Shown: positions 46,361 to 55,515, counted from the first letter of the stretch. The stretch: DNA of 57,723 nt from an uncultured Planctomycetia bacterium (GCA_964565425.1 CAZMEZ010000001.1:1-57723); one strand, 5' to 3'. The notes: generated from the sequence alone by a model not told the origin. Program-made: numbers and translations.

Positions 46361-47021
46361 AGAGTTTTTCCCTGTCCATGCCCACCAGATCCGAAAAAGA
46401 GATCGCCTGCTCTATCGAAAAAGATCCGGATCTCGTTCTTCGTAATTCGGTTAAATGCGCGCCACAGCCGAGTTTTTCGCCGATATCTTCAGCCAGCTGC
46501 CGTATATAAGTGCCTTTCCCGCAAACCACCCTGAATTCCACAAAAGGCATATCGATCTTTATCACATCAATGGCTTTTATCGTTATTTTTTTAGCCTCCC
46601 TTTTGACCTCTACTCCTTTTCTCGCGAGCTTGTATAACCGTTTTCCGTTAACCTGCTTGGCGGATACCATGGGAGGAACCTGTTCTGTTTCGCCCAAAAA
46701 ACCGGGCACTACCCCCTTTATATCATCCTCCGACACCAGAACTTCCCTCGAAGACACCAACTTGCCGTCGCTGTCACCGCTGTCCGTCTTTTCGCCGAGC
46801 TTCATCACCGCAACGTATTCTTTATCCTCGCCCGCGAACTTTCCGGAGGATTTTGTGGCGGCGCCGAGCAGAAGGACCAGGACCCCGGTAGCGTTGGGGT
46901 CAAGCGTACCGGCATGCCCGACTTTCTTGATCGCGAACTTTCGGCGAACCGCGTTCACGACATCGTGGCTCGTCATGCCCTTTTCTTTATCAACTATAAG
47001 TATTCCCGCGGGATCGGTCAT
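46338..47021 (-). CDS. truB: tRNA pseudouridine(55) synthase
   Basis: GILIVDKEKGMTSHDV...VGHAGTLDPNATGVL. The start was placed at ATG 47021. The 12 extra codons in the track ORF are encoded by a heptamer array. Confidence 0.9.
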   Translation of the reverse strand: MTDPAGILIVDKEKGMTSHDVVNAVRRKFAIKKVGHAGTLDPNATGVLVLLLGAATKSSGKFAGEDKEYVAVMKLGEKTDSGDSDGKLVSSREVLVSEDDIKGVVPGFLGETEQVPPMVSAKQVNGKRLYKLARKGVEVKREAKKITIKAIDVIKIDMPFVEFRVVCGKGTYIRQLAEDIGEKLGCGAHLTELRRTRSGSFSIEQAISFSDLVGMDREKLYENIVRI

Positions 47022-47235
47022 TTCAGACATCAGACTCCAGACTTCAGACAGACTCACGCCGCAAGGTCGTTAGCCCGTTGTCGGTTTGCCCGTTGCCCGA
47101 TATACAGGCAGACAGGATAACGGGCGAACGGGAAACGACATATCACACATCACTCATCACCCATTACTTCTTTACATCTTTACTTCTTTCGCCTCTTGCC
47201 TTTAGCCTAACTTATCACGTATTACTTATCACTCA
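47022..47235. repeat. Series of degenerate heptamer blocks upstream of truB
   Basis: ttcagac atcagac tccagac ttcagac (47022-47049); catatca cacatca ctcatca cccatta (47139-47166); ttcgcct cttgcct ttagcct; aacttat cacgtat tacttat. Confidence 0.85.
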
Positions 47236-47256
47236 ACCCAACATATGCGCTCTACG

Positions 47257-48219
47257 CTATGCTACTCCCATCTCTTTCCTCACTTCCTCCAATACCCTTT
47301 TCTTCGCTTCTTCAAGACCGCAGTTCAATGTACACCCGGAGGCCTGCGCGTGTCCGCCGCCGCCAAAACGCGACGCGATCCTGTTAACGTCAACAGCGCC
47401 GGACGATCTGAAGCTTACGTTTATCCTGTCCCTGGAAGCGGCGTTCTCCTTAAAAAATACCGCGACCTCTACGCCCTTAACGGAGCGGGGGAAATTTATG
47501 AACTCATCTGTGGGTATGCTCTCCACTCCCTCTTCGGCGTACATCTTCTCGGTAAGGGTTATGTGAGCCACCTTTCCTCCTTCTACCTGGAGCGTTGTCA
47601 ATACCCTCCCGAGCAGGCGCATCTGCTGCGGCAATTTGCTCTCGAATATCTCGCTGTAGACCTCTTTGGGGTCAATACCGGCCCCCAGCAATTCACCCGC
47701 GATCTCATGAGTGGTTTTGGAAGTGTTCGCATAATTGAACATCCCCGTATCGGTCAAGATAGCGATGTAGACGTCCTCGGCAAAGCCTTTAGTTATCTCG
47801 AAGCCGTCTTCGACTGCCATCAGGTATATCATCTCCCCGGCGGAGCTTGCATCGGGCTCTACCCAGTTTATGTTCCCGAAGAATTCATTGCTCACATGGT
47901 GGTCGATATTTATGACCGTGTGCCGTTCATTTATATGGTCGCTCACGTGTCCCGCGCGTTCTCTGACCGGGCAATCCAGCACTATAAATGTCTCCGGATG
48001 AAAATTCCCGGGTATCTCTCTCATTATCGAGTCCGCGTATTCCAGGAACCTCAGGTTATCCGGCACTTCGTCATGATCGACCATCACCACGTTCTTTCCG
48101 CGCTTTTTAAGCATCCGGAAAACGGCTATCTGGCTGCCTATCGAATCGCCCTCGGGGTTGACGTGCGAAGTCACCACAAAGTTATCCCTTTCCCGGAAAG
48201 CGTTCATTACGTGTGTCAT
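47257..48219 (-). CDS. nrnA: DHH-family phosphoesterase (NrnA-like oligoribonuclease / pAp phosphatase)
   Basis: VTSHVNPEGDSIGS, DHH, and GGGHAQASG (DHHA1) motifs. ATG 48219 lies 1 nt after the rbfA stop. Alternative starts at 48234 and 48264 (TTG). Confidence 0.75.
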   Translation of the reverse strand: MTHVMNAFRERDNFVVTSHVNPEGDSIGSQIAVFRMLKKRGKNVVMVDHDEVPDNLRFLEYADSIMREIPGNFHPETFIVLDCPVRERAGHVSDHINERHTVINIDHHVSNEFFGNINWVEPDASSAGEMIYLMAVEDGFEITKGFAEDVYIAILTDTGMFNYANTSKTTHEIAGELLGAGIDPKEVYSEIFESKLPQQMRLLGRVLTTLQVEGGKVAHITLTEKMYAEEGVESIPTDEFINFPRSVKGVEVAVFFKENAASRDRINVSFRSSGAVDVNRIASRFGGGGHAQASGCTLNCGLEEAKKRVLEEVRKEMGVA

Positions 48220-48220
48220 G

Positions 48221-48607
48221 CTATCTCTGTTCATCTTCAATCCCTTCTTCCCCTTCGGGTTCAATACCCAGTTCTTCTTCTATTTTACCAAACAGCCTGT
48301 CGATGCTTTCCTGCCTCTCTTTTTCCCTGTCCTCCCTGAACGACACGTGAGGTATATACTTGAGCGACACGCGTTCGGCCAGCTCCTTCCTGATAAAACT
48401 GCCGGAACTTTTCAACCCTTTCGCGACCTCCTCTTTATCGCTGTTCTCGGGTAACGTGTAATAGATCCTGGCCATCCGGAGGTCCCTGGTCACTTCCACC
48501 CTGGTTATGGTAACATGCTTGACCCTGGGATCCCCTATATCGCTTTGCAGGATCCCGGAAACTTCCCTGAGTATCATTTTCCTCACCCTGTCCATCCTGT
48601 CGATCAT
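48221..48607 (-). CDS. rbfA: Ribosome-binding factor A
   Basis: 128 aa: ITRVEVTRDLRMARIYY...LKYIPHVSFREDRE. Confidence 0.9.
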   Translation of the reverse strand: MIDRMDRVRKMILREVSGILQSDIGDPRVKHVTITRVEVTRDLRMARIYYTLPENSDKEEVAKGLKSSGSFIRKELAERVSLKYIPHVSFREDREKERQESIDRLFGKIEEELGIEPEGEEGIEDEQR

Positions 48608-48657
48608 GTTGTCGCTCCGCTCCTATCGTCTCTTGTCACTCGTCACCCGTCACTGCT

Positions 48658-48939
48658 CTATAATATCTCCGTCGAATAATCCGACACCTCTATTGCTCTT
48701 TCGTCCTCTATAAAATTCATTATACCGTCGAGATATCCCGAAAGATGCTTCTTGCCGGTGGAGATAGCGACCACCCCCAGAACCGCCTTCTGCCATTTAT
48801 CCATTTCGTCAACTTCCGCCACCGAAACGTTGAACTTGTTCCTCAGGCGATCCTTCAGCCTCCGCAGACGACCACGCTTCTCTTTCAAAGAAGCGCTGCC
48901 GCTAAGACGTATCTCTATTCGCAAAATACCTACACGCAT
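48658..48939 (-). CDS. DUF503 (YlxP-like) protein
   Basis: 93 aa: SLKEKRGRLRRLKDRLRNKFNVSVAEVDEMD, in the usual position upstream of rbfA. Confidence 0.7.
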   Translation of the reverse strand: MRVGILRIEIRLSGSASLKEKRGRLRRLKDRLRNKFNVSVAEVDEMDKWQKAVLGVVAISTGKKHLSGYLDGIMNFIEDERAIEVSDYSTEIL

Positions 48940-48955
48940 TTTGATCAGATGCCCA

Positions 48956-51607
48956 TCACCCGCGGCTCTTTATGAGTTTTCTCATATAATAGAGCTCGTC
49001 CTTCTTGGTCGCGAGATTACCGTCGAGTTTCGCGTAAAGTACTTTCTGGAGCAATTCCTTGTACCGCGGACCCGGAACTATCCCCTCTTTCTCTATGTCG
49101 TCGCCCCTTATGGAAAGCTTTGTGCCGTTATAATCGGTAAAAAATCTTTTGATGCGCCTGCGGGCTATCGCGGACTTTGTCTTGGCCGTTATACAAAGCG
49201 AGACTTCATGCGCAAGAGGTTCAAGAATGCCGTACACGGCGCTGGGCTTCATATTTTTCCTTGAAGATAGCTTCCTCAGGACCTTGTCGCCGTCCCTCTT
49301 ATATGATCTTATCCTCAGGCTTTCGCTCCTCGTAAAAACGAACTTTTCAAGGACCTCATCCACCTGTTTCGGGGCAAGCTTATCCAGCATTACCATGAGG
49401 TGTATCAACCAGACATCCAGCTTCCGCTTCCGCGCGGCGCGCTCTTCGTACCATTGCACGGCCTTCTTTATTTCGGTGAAAAGCTTCCTTATCGATCTCT
49501 TCAGGACCAGCTCGGGATGTATGAACCTGAGCTCGTGCAGCTCCCTCATCCTTAGAACGGCCTTTTCGGGATCCTTCTCCTTCAGCATAAGTATCAGCTC
49601 GCCCCTGATCCTCTGATTTTCCGTTCTGCTGAACATCTCCTGCTTTATCGCGTGCTTGATAAGATACTCCGTGTGCTTTTCTATTTCGAACCCGAACCGC
49701 TGCTCGAACCTGACCGCCCTGAAGATCCGGGTAGGATCATCAATAAAACTGTTATCATGAAGCGCCTTTATGACGCCTTTCTCCAGGTCTTTAATGCCGT
49801 CGAAAAAGTCCAGGAACAGCCCGAAATCCTTTCTGTTTATCCTGACAGCCATGGCGTTGATCGTAAAATCACGACGATAAAGATCCTCCTTGAGCGAACT
49901 GAATTTCACCGTGGGAAGAGCGGCCGGCGCCGCGTAAGTCTCCTTTCGGGCCATGGCTATATCTATCTTGAACTTGTTGTCGGGGTGAAGGGACGGCCCC
50001 AGCCATTCGGGCCAGTCCGTTACTACCGTGGAGGTCCCGAACTTCCTGTGAACGACAAGAGAGCCGCGCAATTTATCCGCTATAACCTTGCCGAACTTTA
50101 TCGCGTCGCCCTCCATCACTATATCAAGGTCATAATTCTTCTCCCCCAGGAAGATATCCCTGACAAAACCGCCTACGAGAAAAATATTTATTCCGCGCGC
50201 GTCGGCCTCGGAGCTTATGGACCATATCAGCCGCATAAGTTTCTTCGGGAGCATCGATTCCATTTTGACGGTAACATCGAACACGCCCGGTGTCCGCCCG
50301 CCTTGCGCGGGGAACAGCGAACTATGCACCTTTTTCAACACGTCGGTCCTCGTAACTATTCCCACCAGCTCTTTGCCCTTCAGAACGGGAAGCCGTCCTT
50401 TACCTTCCTCGATAAGGATCCTGCGCAGTTCATGAAGCGGGGTATCGGGCGTAACGGTGACCAGAGGCGCATGCATGTATCCCTTCACCCTTGAATGCCC
50501 CATGCCGCGCTTGATGGCTTTTTTCAGGTCACCCATGGTCACCATCCCGGCCAGTTTACCCGAATCGTCCAGTACCGGCGCGCCTCTGTACCCATAACGT
50601 TCAAGTTTCCCGAGCATATCACGGACCTTTTCCTCCTGGGACACGGTTTTCACGGGGGAAGACATTATATCCCCGGCGTAAACACCGGGGCGTATGATCT
50701 CCTCAAGCATTCTCAATATTTCGGCCTTTATCTCCGCGGGGGATCTTTTCTCCACTCTCGCGCTTGCCGCCGACGCGTGTCCGGCGCCGCCGAAACAGGC
50801 CATCAACTTGTTCATGTCGATAAAGTTCTTGCGGCTCCTGGCCATTATCTTTACCCTGTCTCCCGTCTTGAACATGGCGAACAATACCGGATAATTCTCA
50901 ACTTCCTGCAATTTATGCACCACCGTTCCCATTTCCCCCACGAAATGCCTGGCTTCCACGCTGGAAAAAGCCACGTCAACGCCGTGGATATTTTCGACCT
51001 CTATGGACTGCAAGAGATCCACGAACACCGATAGCTCCGCTCCGGAAAGTTCCCTGTTCAAATAGGACGAAACGGCGTTGAGATTAGCCCCCATCCCCAG
51101 AAGCTTGCTAACCATATCAACGTCAAGTTTGGTGGTCGGCGAATACGAAAGCGACCCCGTCTCTTCGTATATGCCGAGAAGCATGAGAGTGGCTTCGAGG
51201 GGGGTAAAATCGAACTTCCCCTCCTTTTCGAGTATCCCGAGCAGGATAGTGACCGTCGCGCCTACCTCGCGGAAGACATCCTTGTCGGCCTTTATGTCGA
51301 AACGGGTCTTCGGGTGGTGGTCATAGATATGCACCTTAATCCCCTTCTTGTCAAGGAGGGAAGCCGCTTCGCCGATACGCGATCTATGACGGTTATCCAC
51401 GATCACCAGGCGCTTCACGTCGTCCATGCGGCATGTTTTTTCGTCCTCGATCCTCACTTTATCCTTTATAAGAGAAAGGAAATTCCTTACAGCTTTCTCC
51501 TGGGATCCCGGGAGCAAAAGACGCGCCTTCGGATATAACTTGCTGGCCGCTACCAGCGAGCTCAAAGCGTCAAAATCAGCGTTCTTGTGTGTTACTATCA
51601 GGTCCAT
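48956..51607 (-). CDS. Multidomain DHH/DHHA1, CBS pair and tRNA nucleotidyltransferase (CCA-adding / poly(A) polymerase family) protein
   Basis: 883 aa. HKNADFDALSS and YDHHP (DHH), GGAGHASAAS (DHHA1), two CBS repeats, then LVGGFVRDIFLG...DLDIV and RRDFTINAM nucleotidyltransferase motifs. Confidence 0.85.
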   Translation of the reverse strand: MDLIVTHKNADFDALSSLVAASKLYPKARLLLPGSQEKAVRNFLSLIKDKVRIEDEKTCRMDDVKRLVIVDNRHRSRIGEAASLLDKKGIKVHIYDHHPKTRFDIKADKDVFREVGATVTILLGILEKEGKFDFTPLEATLMLLGIYEETGSLSYSPTTKLDVDMVSKLLGMGANLNAVSSYLNRELSGAELSVFVDLLQSIEVENIHGVDVAFSSVEARHFVGEMGTVVHKLQEVENYPVLFAMFKTGDRVKIMARSRKNFIDMNKLMACFGGAGHASAASARVEKRSPAEIKAEILRMLEEIIRPGVYAGDIMSSPVKTVSQEEKVRDMLGKLERYGYRGAPVLDDSGKLAGMVTMGDLKKAIKRGMGHSRVKGYMHAPLVTVTPDTPLHELRRILIEEGKGRLPVLKGKELVGIVTRTDVLKKVHSSLFPAQGGRTPGVFDVTVKMESMLPKKLMRLIWSISSEADARGINIFLVGGFVRDIFLGEKNYDLDIVMEGDAIKFGKVIADKLRGSLVVHRKFGTSTVVTDWPEWLGPSLHPDNKFKIDIAMARKETYAAPAALPTVKFSSLKEDLYRRDFTINAMAVRINRKDFGLFLDFFDGIKDLEKGVIKALHDNSFIDDPTRIFRAVRFEQRFGFEIEKHTEYLIKHAIKQEMFSRTENQRIRGELILMLKEKDPEKAVLRMRELHELRFIHPELVLKRSIRKLFTEIKKAVQWYEERAARKRKLDVWLIHLMVMLDKLAPKQVDEVLEKFVFTRSESLRIRSYKRDGDKVLRKLSSRKNMKPSAVYGILEPLAHEVSLCITAKTKSAIARRRIKRFFTDYNGTKLSIRGDDIEKEGIVPGPRYKELLQKVLYAKLDGNLATKKDELYYMRKLIKSRG

Positions 51608-51780
51608 GTTTCAAATTTAAAAGTTAAAAGATAAAATTGAAAATTGCAATTCTAATACCAGAATTAGAGGAAATCCGGATCTCCCCGAAACAAGCACCCT
51701 CTGATATTGACTTCGATGTATGCACTTAATTATAAATTTCTAATTATAATTTTATCTTTTCAATTTTAACTTTTCCATTT

Positions 51781-52668
51781 TTATGCGCGCGGGTGATACT
51801 GTTCGTGTATCTTCCTCAACTTATCCTTATTCACATGAGTGTATATCTGGGTCGTCGATATATCCGCGTGGCCCAGCATCTCCTGGACCCCCCTGAGTTC
51901 CGCGCCTCCCTCCAGAAGATGCGTTGCAAAAGAATGCCTGAGACTGTGCGGAGCAATGTGTTTCTTTATCCCGGCCTGCCGGGCGTATTTCTGTATTATC
52001 TTCCACAGGCTCTGGCGGGATATCTTTTTGCCCAGCCTGGAAAGAAAAAGATGGTCGTCTCCACGGACCTTGCCGGCCAACTTATGCCTCGAGTCCCGGA
52101 TATATCGCTCAACCGCCTTCTCTGCCACTTTTCCGAGAGGCACTATCCGTTCCTTGCCACCCTTGCCCATACACTTAACAAAACCGGCTTCCAGGTTAAC
52201 GTTCATCTTCTTCAGGTTAGTAACCTCCGAAACCCTCAGCCCTGTCGCATACATCAGCTCCAGTATCGCCCTGTCCCTTATGCCCATCCAGCCTTTTCTG
52301 GGCGGAGCGTCCAGAAGCTTTTCGATCTCCTGCCTGTTCAGGACATCCGGAAGCGTCTTCCACGTTTTAGGCGTCTCTACTATGGCAGCAACATTCTCTT
52401 TCACTATCTGCTCAGCCACCATGAATTTCCAGAACGTCTTCATCGCCGCCAGATTTCTCGCGATAGTCGTCGGGGACAACCCTTTATCTTTAAGGTGCAT
52501 GAGGAACTTGACGATGTCATCACGGGTTACACCCGAGACATCTTTGCGCGCCTTTTTAATGTATTCCTCGAATTTCTCAAGATCTCTCCGGTAAGATTCC
52601 ACGGTATTGCGGCTTACGCCTCTCTCAACCTCGAGGAAATATATGAAGTTCTCAATGTGGTTCTTCAT
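51781..52668 (-). CDS. xerD: Tyrosine site-specific recombinase XerD/XerC
   Basis: 295 aa: FIYFLEVERGVSRNTVESYRRDL, RAILELMYATGLRVSE, HSLRHSFATHLLEGGAELRGVQEMLGHADISTTQIYTHV. Confidence 0.85.
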   Translation of the reverse strand: MKNHIENFIYFLEVERGVSRNTVESYRRDLEKFEEYIKKARKDVSGVTRDDIVKFLMHLKDKGLSPTTIARNLAAMKTFWKFMVAEQIVKENVAAIVETPKTWKTLPDVLNRQEIEKLLDAPPRKGWMGIRDRAILELMYATGLRVSEVTNLKKMNVNLEAGFVKCMGKGGKERIVPLGKVAEKAVERYIRDSRHKLAGKVRGDDHLFLSRLGKKISRQSLWKIIQKYARQAGIKKHIAPHSLRHSFATHLLEGGAELRGVQEMLGHADISTTQIYTHVNKDKLRKIHEQYHPRA

Positions 52669-52696
52669 TGTCTCGTCGTTCGAATCTCGTATTTAT

Positions 52697-52817
52697 AGAT
52701 TACGGAGATTCCAAAGAAGATTACAGAGATTATATCTTTGTAATCTAAAAAAAGTTGCCGGATCGTAAATCTTCGTAATCAACGTCTGCCTTTCGCCTCT
52801 AGCCTCTTGCCTTTATC
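52697..52817 (+). repeat. About 120-bp nested-palindrome element, copy 1
   Basis: GATTACGGAGAT (52697-52708) and AGATTACAGAGAT (52717-52729) are mirrored by ATCTTTGTAATCT (52733-52745) and ATCTTCGTAATC (52768-52779). A tail AACGTCTGCCTTTCGCCTCTAGCCTC follows. It aligns with 56816-56934. Confidence 0.85.
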
Positions 52818-52843
52818 CTTTATCCTTTATCCTTTATCCTTTA
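52809..52843. repeat. Perfect heptanucleotide microsatellite (CCTTTAT) x5
   Basis: Five identical tandem units, followed by a degenerate cctcatc. Confidence 0.95.
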
Positions 52844-52855
52844 TCCTCATCCCCC

Positions 52856-53494
52856 TCACACGTCACTGAAAAACGGATTATTCCGCTTCTCATATCCTAT
52901 CGTCGTCTCTGGCCCATGTCCGGGTAAGACCCTGACATCGTCGGGCAGTTTAAAAAGCTTATCCCTGACCGAGATCAACATGGCTTCCGGGTCCCCGCCG
53001 GGAAGATCGGTCCTTCCTATGCCTTCGCAGAACAAGGTATCCCCGCTGAAAAGAACATCTCCGCATCTGAGGGAAATGCTGCCCGGGGTATGCCCCGGCG
53101 TATGCAGGACCGTCATGGACAGCTCTCCCAGCTTTACGATATCACCGTCCGAAAGAAAACGGCTTACCATCTCCGGCCGGACAACGTCTCTCGCGGGAAA
53201 GATCATACTTCTCTGCGAACCGATCAGGCCGGGACCGTCAAGTTCATGGATCAACACCGGGAAACCGAACTCGGTGTCGCCAAGAACATGGTCCAGGTGG
53301 CAGTGGGTGTTCAGGGTAAATTCCACATCGATGCCGCTATCACGAATATGATCCGCAATATCCGGGTCGTAATATCCCGGGTCTATGAGAATACCCTTCC
53401 CGGAGACCCTGTCGTGAGCCACGTAACAATTGGTGTAAAGGCTTCCCACAATGAAGGTTTTTACATCAAGGTTGGGGCTCGGTCCTGAATTCAT
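52856..53494 (-). CDS. MBL-fold metallo-hydrolase (glyoxalase II-like)
   Basis: 212 aa: HCHLDHV (HxHxDH), HTPGHTPGS, GDTLF. Confidence 0.85.
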   Translation of the reverse strand: MNSGPSPNLDVKTFIVGSLYTNCYVAHDRVSGKGILIDPGYYDPDIADHIRDSGIDVEFTLNTHCHLDHVLGDTEFGFPVLIHELDGPGLIGSQRSMIFPARDVVRPEMVSRFLSDGDIVKLGELSMTVLHTPGHTPGSISLRCGDVLFSGDTLFCEGIGRTDLPGGDPEAMLISVRDKLFKLPDDVRVLPGHGPETTIGYEKRNNPFFSDV

Positions 53495-53996
53495 CCCTTA
53501 TACTCCCCCTCACTTTATTATAAGAAAAATCCTCTTTTACGTTCCTGCCGGCCATCTCAAGCGTCCTGCGGATCCTGACCGTATTCCCCCGCGTAACACC
53601 GTTTTTCTTGACATCCGCTTCTATTCCCGCCATCTGGTCTATCAACGGTTGGAGCTGCTCGGCCTTTTCGTCGATAAGCATGCTCTGCAGGTCCATCAGG
53701 TTCGAAACCTCCTGCTCCAGGGATACGATCATTTTTTTCTGGTTAAAATCCTGCTTTCGATCGCTTTCCGCGAGAAGATCAAGAGATTCCCTGTGCCAGT
53801 TCTTCCAGAAAACATATCTCTTCGTATAAAGCTCCAGGGAAGGACGGACCTCATACGTCTTTACCATGCGATACCTCATTGCCGTCCCTTCTTCTTTCGG
53901 CTTCCTTACGAATTTTTCGCTGAGCTGAGCGCACCCGGAAATAAAGAACACCAAAACCAATATCATCGCTATCCAGAAAAAACTTTTCTTCCTCAT
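53466..53996 (-). CDS. Hypothetical lipoprotein
   Basis: MRKKSFFWIAMILVLVFFISGC lipobox. ATG 53996 is preceded by GAGGAG. The longer track ORF begins inside a heptamer array. Confidence 0.6.
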   Translation of the reverse strand: MRKKSFFWIAMILVLVFFISGCAQLSEKFVRKPKEEGTAMRYRMVKTYEVRPSLELYTKRYVFWKNWHRESLDLLAESDRKQDFNQKKMIVSLEQEVSNLMDLQSMLIDEKAEQLQPLIDQMAGIEADVKKNGVTRGNTVRIRRTLEMAGRNVKEDFSYNKVRGSIRDEFRTEPQP

Positions 53997-54100
53997 ATCG
54001 TCTCCTCTTCTTTTAGGCGCAAGGCTAAACGTCAGATTTCGTGTCATGTATTATGACTGCACAACATGACACATGACACAAATCTTTAGATCCCGCCCAA

Positions 54101-54826
54101 CTATCTCCCCACGAACAGCCGCTCCGCGAGCGGCCCGGGAAGGCCCGCTTTAACTATACTTTTCGCGGCGGCATTTATATCGTATTCCACCCTGCGGAAT
54201 TCTATATACTCCTCGTCGGCATCATAAATACAATAACACGCGCGGGGATCACCGTCACGCGGCTGGCCCACGCTGCCCGCGTTCACGATGTACTGCGCCC
54301 CTTCCTCAAGGGCTATCCTTTTCCCTGAAACCCGGCTTATGCTTCCCTCTTTCGATCTGAACACGCCGGGGACGTGCGAGTGCCCCACAAAACATATCTT
54401 TTTTTCCAAAACCTCGAACGTATGCATGGCGTCGGCGCCGGTCATCATGTATATGAACTCCTCGGGTTCGTGCAATGTGCCGTGCGCGACAACGAAAGAC
54501 TCTTCTTCAAGCACGTACGGAAGGTCTTCGAGATACCCGCGGACCGCCGAGTCGATATGCTCCATCGTCCAATAGACCGCCGCGGACGCGTAACTGTTGA
54601 AAAAGGATATATCGGCCTTCCCGACAACACCCGCGTCATGGTTGCCCAGGACGTTCTTCGCCCCAAGCGATTGCACCGCATCCACACACCTGACCGGATC
54701 GGCCCCGTATCCGACGACGTCCCCTCCCGATATTATCCTGCATCCTTCACCAACGGGAAAAGACCCGACCACGGCCTCAAGCGCCTGAAGGTTGCTGTGT
54801 ATGTCGGACAATATGATATATTTCAT
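54101..54826 (-). CDS. Metallophosphoesterase (YfcE/MJ0936-like)
   Basis: MKYIILSDIHSN, GDVVGYG, GNHD, GHSH. The start was placed at ATG 54826, which removes the overlap with acyP. Confidence 0.85.
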   Translation of the reverse strand: MKYIILSDIHSNLQALEAVVGSFPVGEGCRIISGGDVVGYGADPVRCVDAVQSLGAKNVLGNHDAGVVGKADISFFNSYASAAVYWTMEHIDSAVRGYLEDLPYVLEEESFVVAHGTLHEPEEFIYMMTGADAMHTFEVLEKKICFVGHSHVPGVFRSKEGSISRVSGKRIALEEGAQYIVNAGSVGQPRDGDPRACYCIYDADEEYIEFRRVEYDINAAAKSIVKAGLPGPLAERLFVGR

Positions 54827-54864
54827 GCCCCGGGCCCTTCTATTCTTACAGCTTACAGCTTTTT

Positions 54865-55143
54865 TTAAAACCTTATCTCGAACGCCGGAAACTCTCCCGT
54901 TACCGGCTCCCAATCAACCCGGGAGTCGCTTATATACCCGCGCATTTCATTCTTTAATTCCCGCAGGAATATCTCCAGCTGATCCCGGCCCCCTTCGCCA
55001 ACGATCTCGACAGTACCGTCGGGAAGATTCTTTACGAAACCTGTAATGCCGGAACGTGAGGCTATTCTTTCGGTGGCGAACCTGAAACCGACACCATGGA
55101 CTTGCCCGCTATATAACACGTGGACTCTTTGTGCCCGGCTCAT
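54865..55143 (-). CDS. acyP: Acylphosphatase
   Basis: 92 aa: [41 protein letters not shown]. Confidence 0.85.
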   Translation of the reverse strand: MSRAQRVHVLYSGQVHGVGFRFATERIASRSGITGFVKNLPDGTVEIVGEGGRDQLEIFLRELKNEMRGYISDSRVDWEPVTGEFPAFEIRF

Positions 55144-55164
55144 GTGTGGATTCCCGTTTGAAGG

Positions 55165-55514
55165 ATGGTCGGGGCGCTGGGATCTTACTTCTCACCCGCT
55201 CGTCGACCCCGGCGCCACGAAATATATTTGCGAGGAAGTTTACCGGGGAAACCCTTTTCCCGGGAAACTGCCGGGTAAATATCAAAATAATCTCCCGTCT
55301 CCTGCCACAGGATTATTTTACCATTATAGCGAAGCTAGAATGGTCGGGGCGCTGGGATCTTACTTCTCAACCGCTCGTCGACCCCGGCGCCACGAAATAT
55401 ATTTGCGAGGAAGTTTACCGGGGAAACCCTTTTCCCGGGAAACTGCCGGGTAAATATCAAAATAATCTCCCGTCTCCTGCCACAGGATTATTTTACCATT
55501 ATAGCGAAGCTAGA
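55165..55514 (-). repeat. Two tandem 175-bp repeats, each containing a copy of the last 18 nt of tRNA-Pro
   Basis: 55165-55339 and 55340-55514 differ at a single position (cacccgct versus caaccgct). TGGTCGGGGCGCTGGGAT recurs at 55166, 55341 and 55516, and the third copy is the genuine tRNA 3' end. Confidence 0.95.
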
Positions 55515-55515
55515 A

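Noticed and set aside
52717-52745. Inner palindrome AGATTACAGAG-ATTATA-TCTTTGTAATC next to xerD as a dif site (11-6-11 layout; the right arm matches 8 of 11 positions of my recollection of the Bacillus dif XerD arm)
   Set aside because: A second near-identical copy lies 4.1 kb away inside the rib operon, and both copies are embedded in a larger dispersed element. A chromosome dimer-resolution site should be unique. A recombinase-binding role is kept only as a testable idea.
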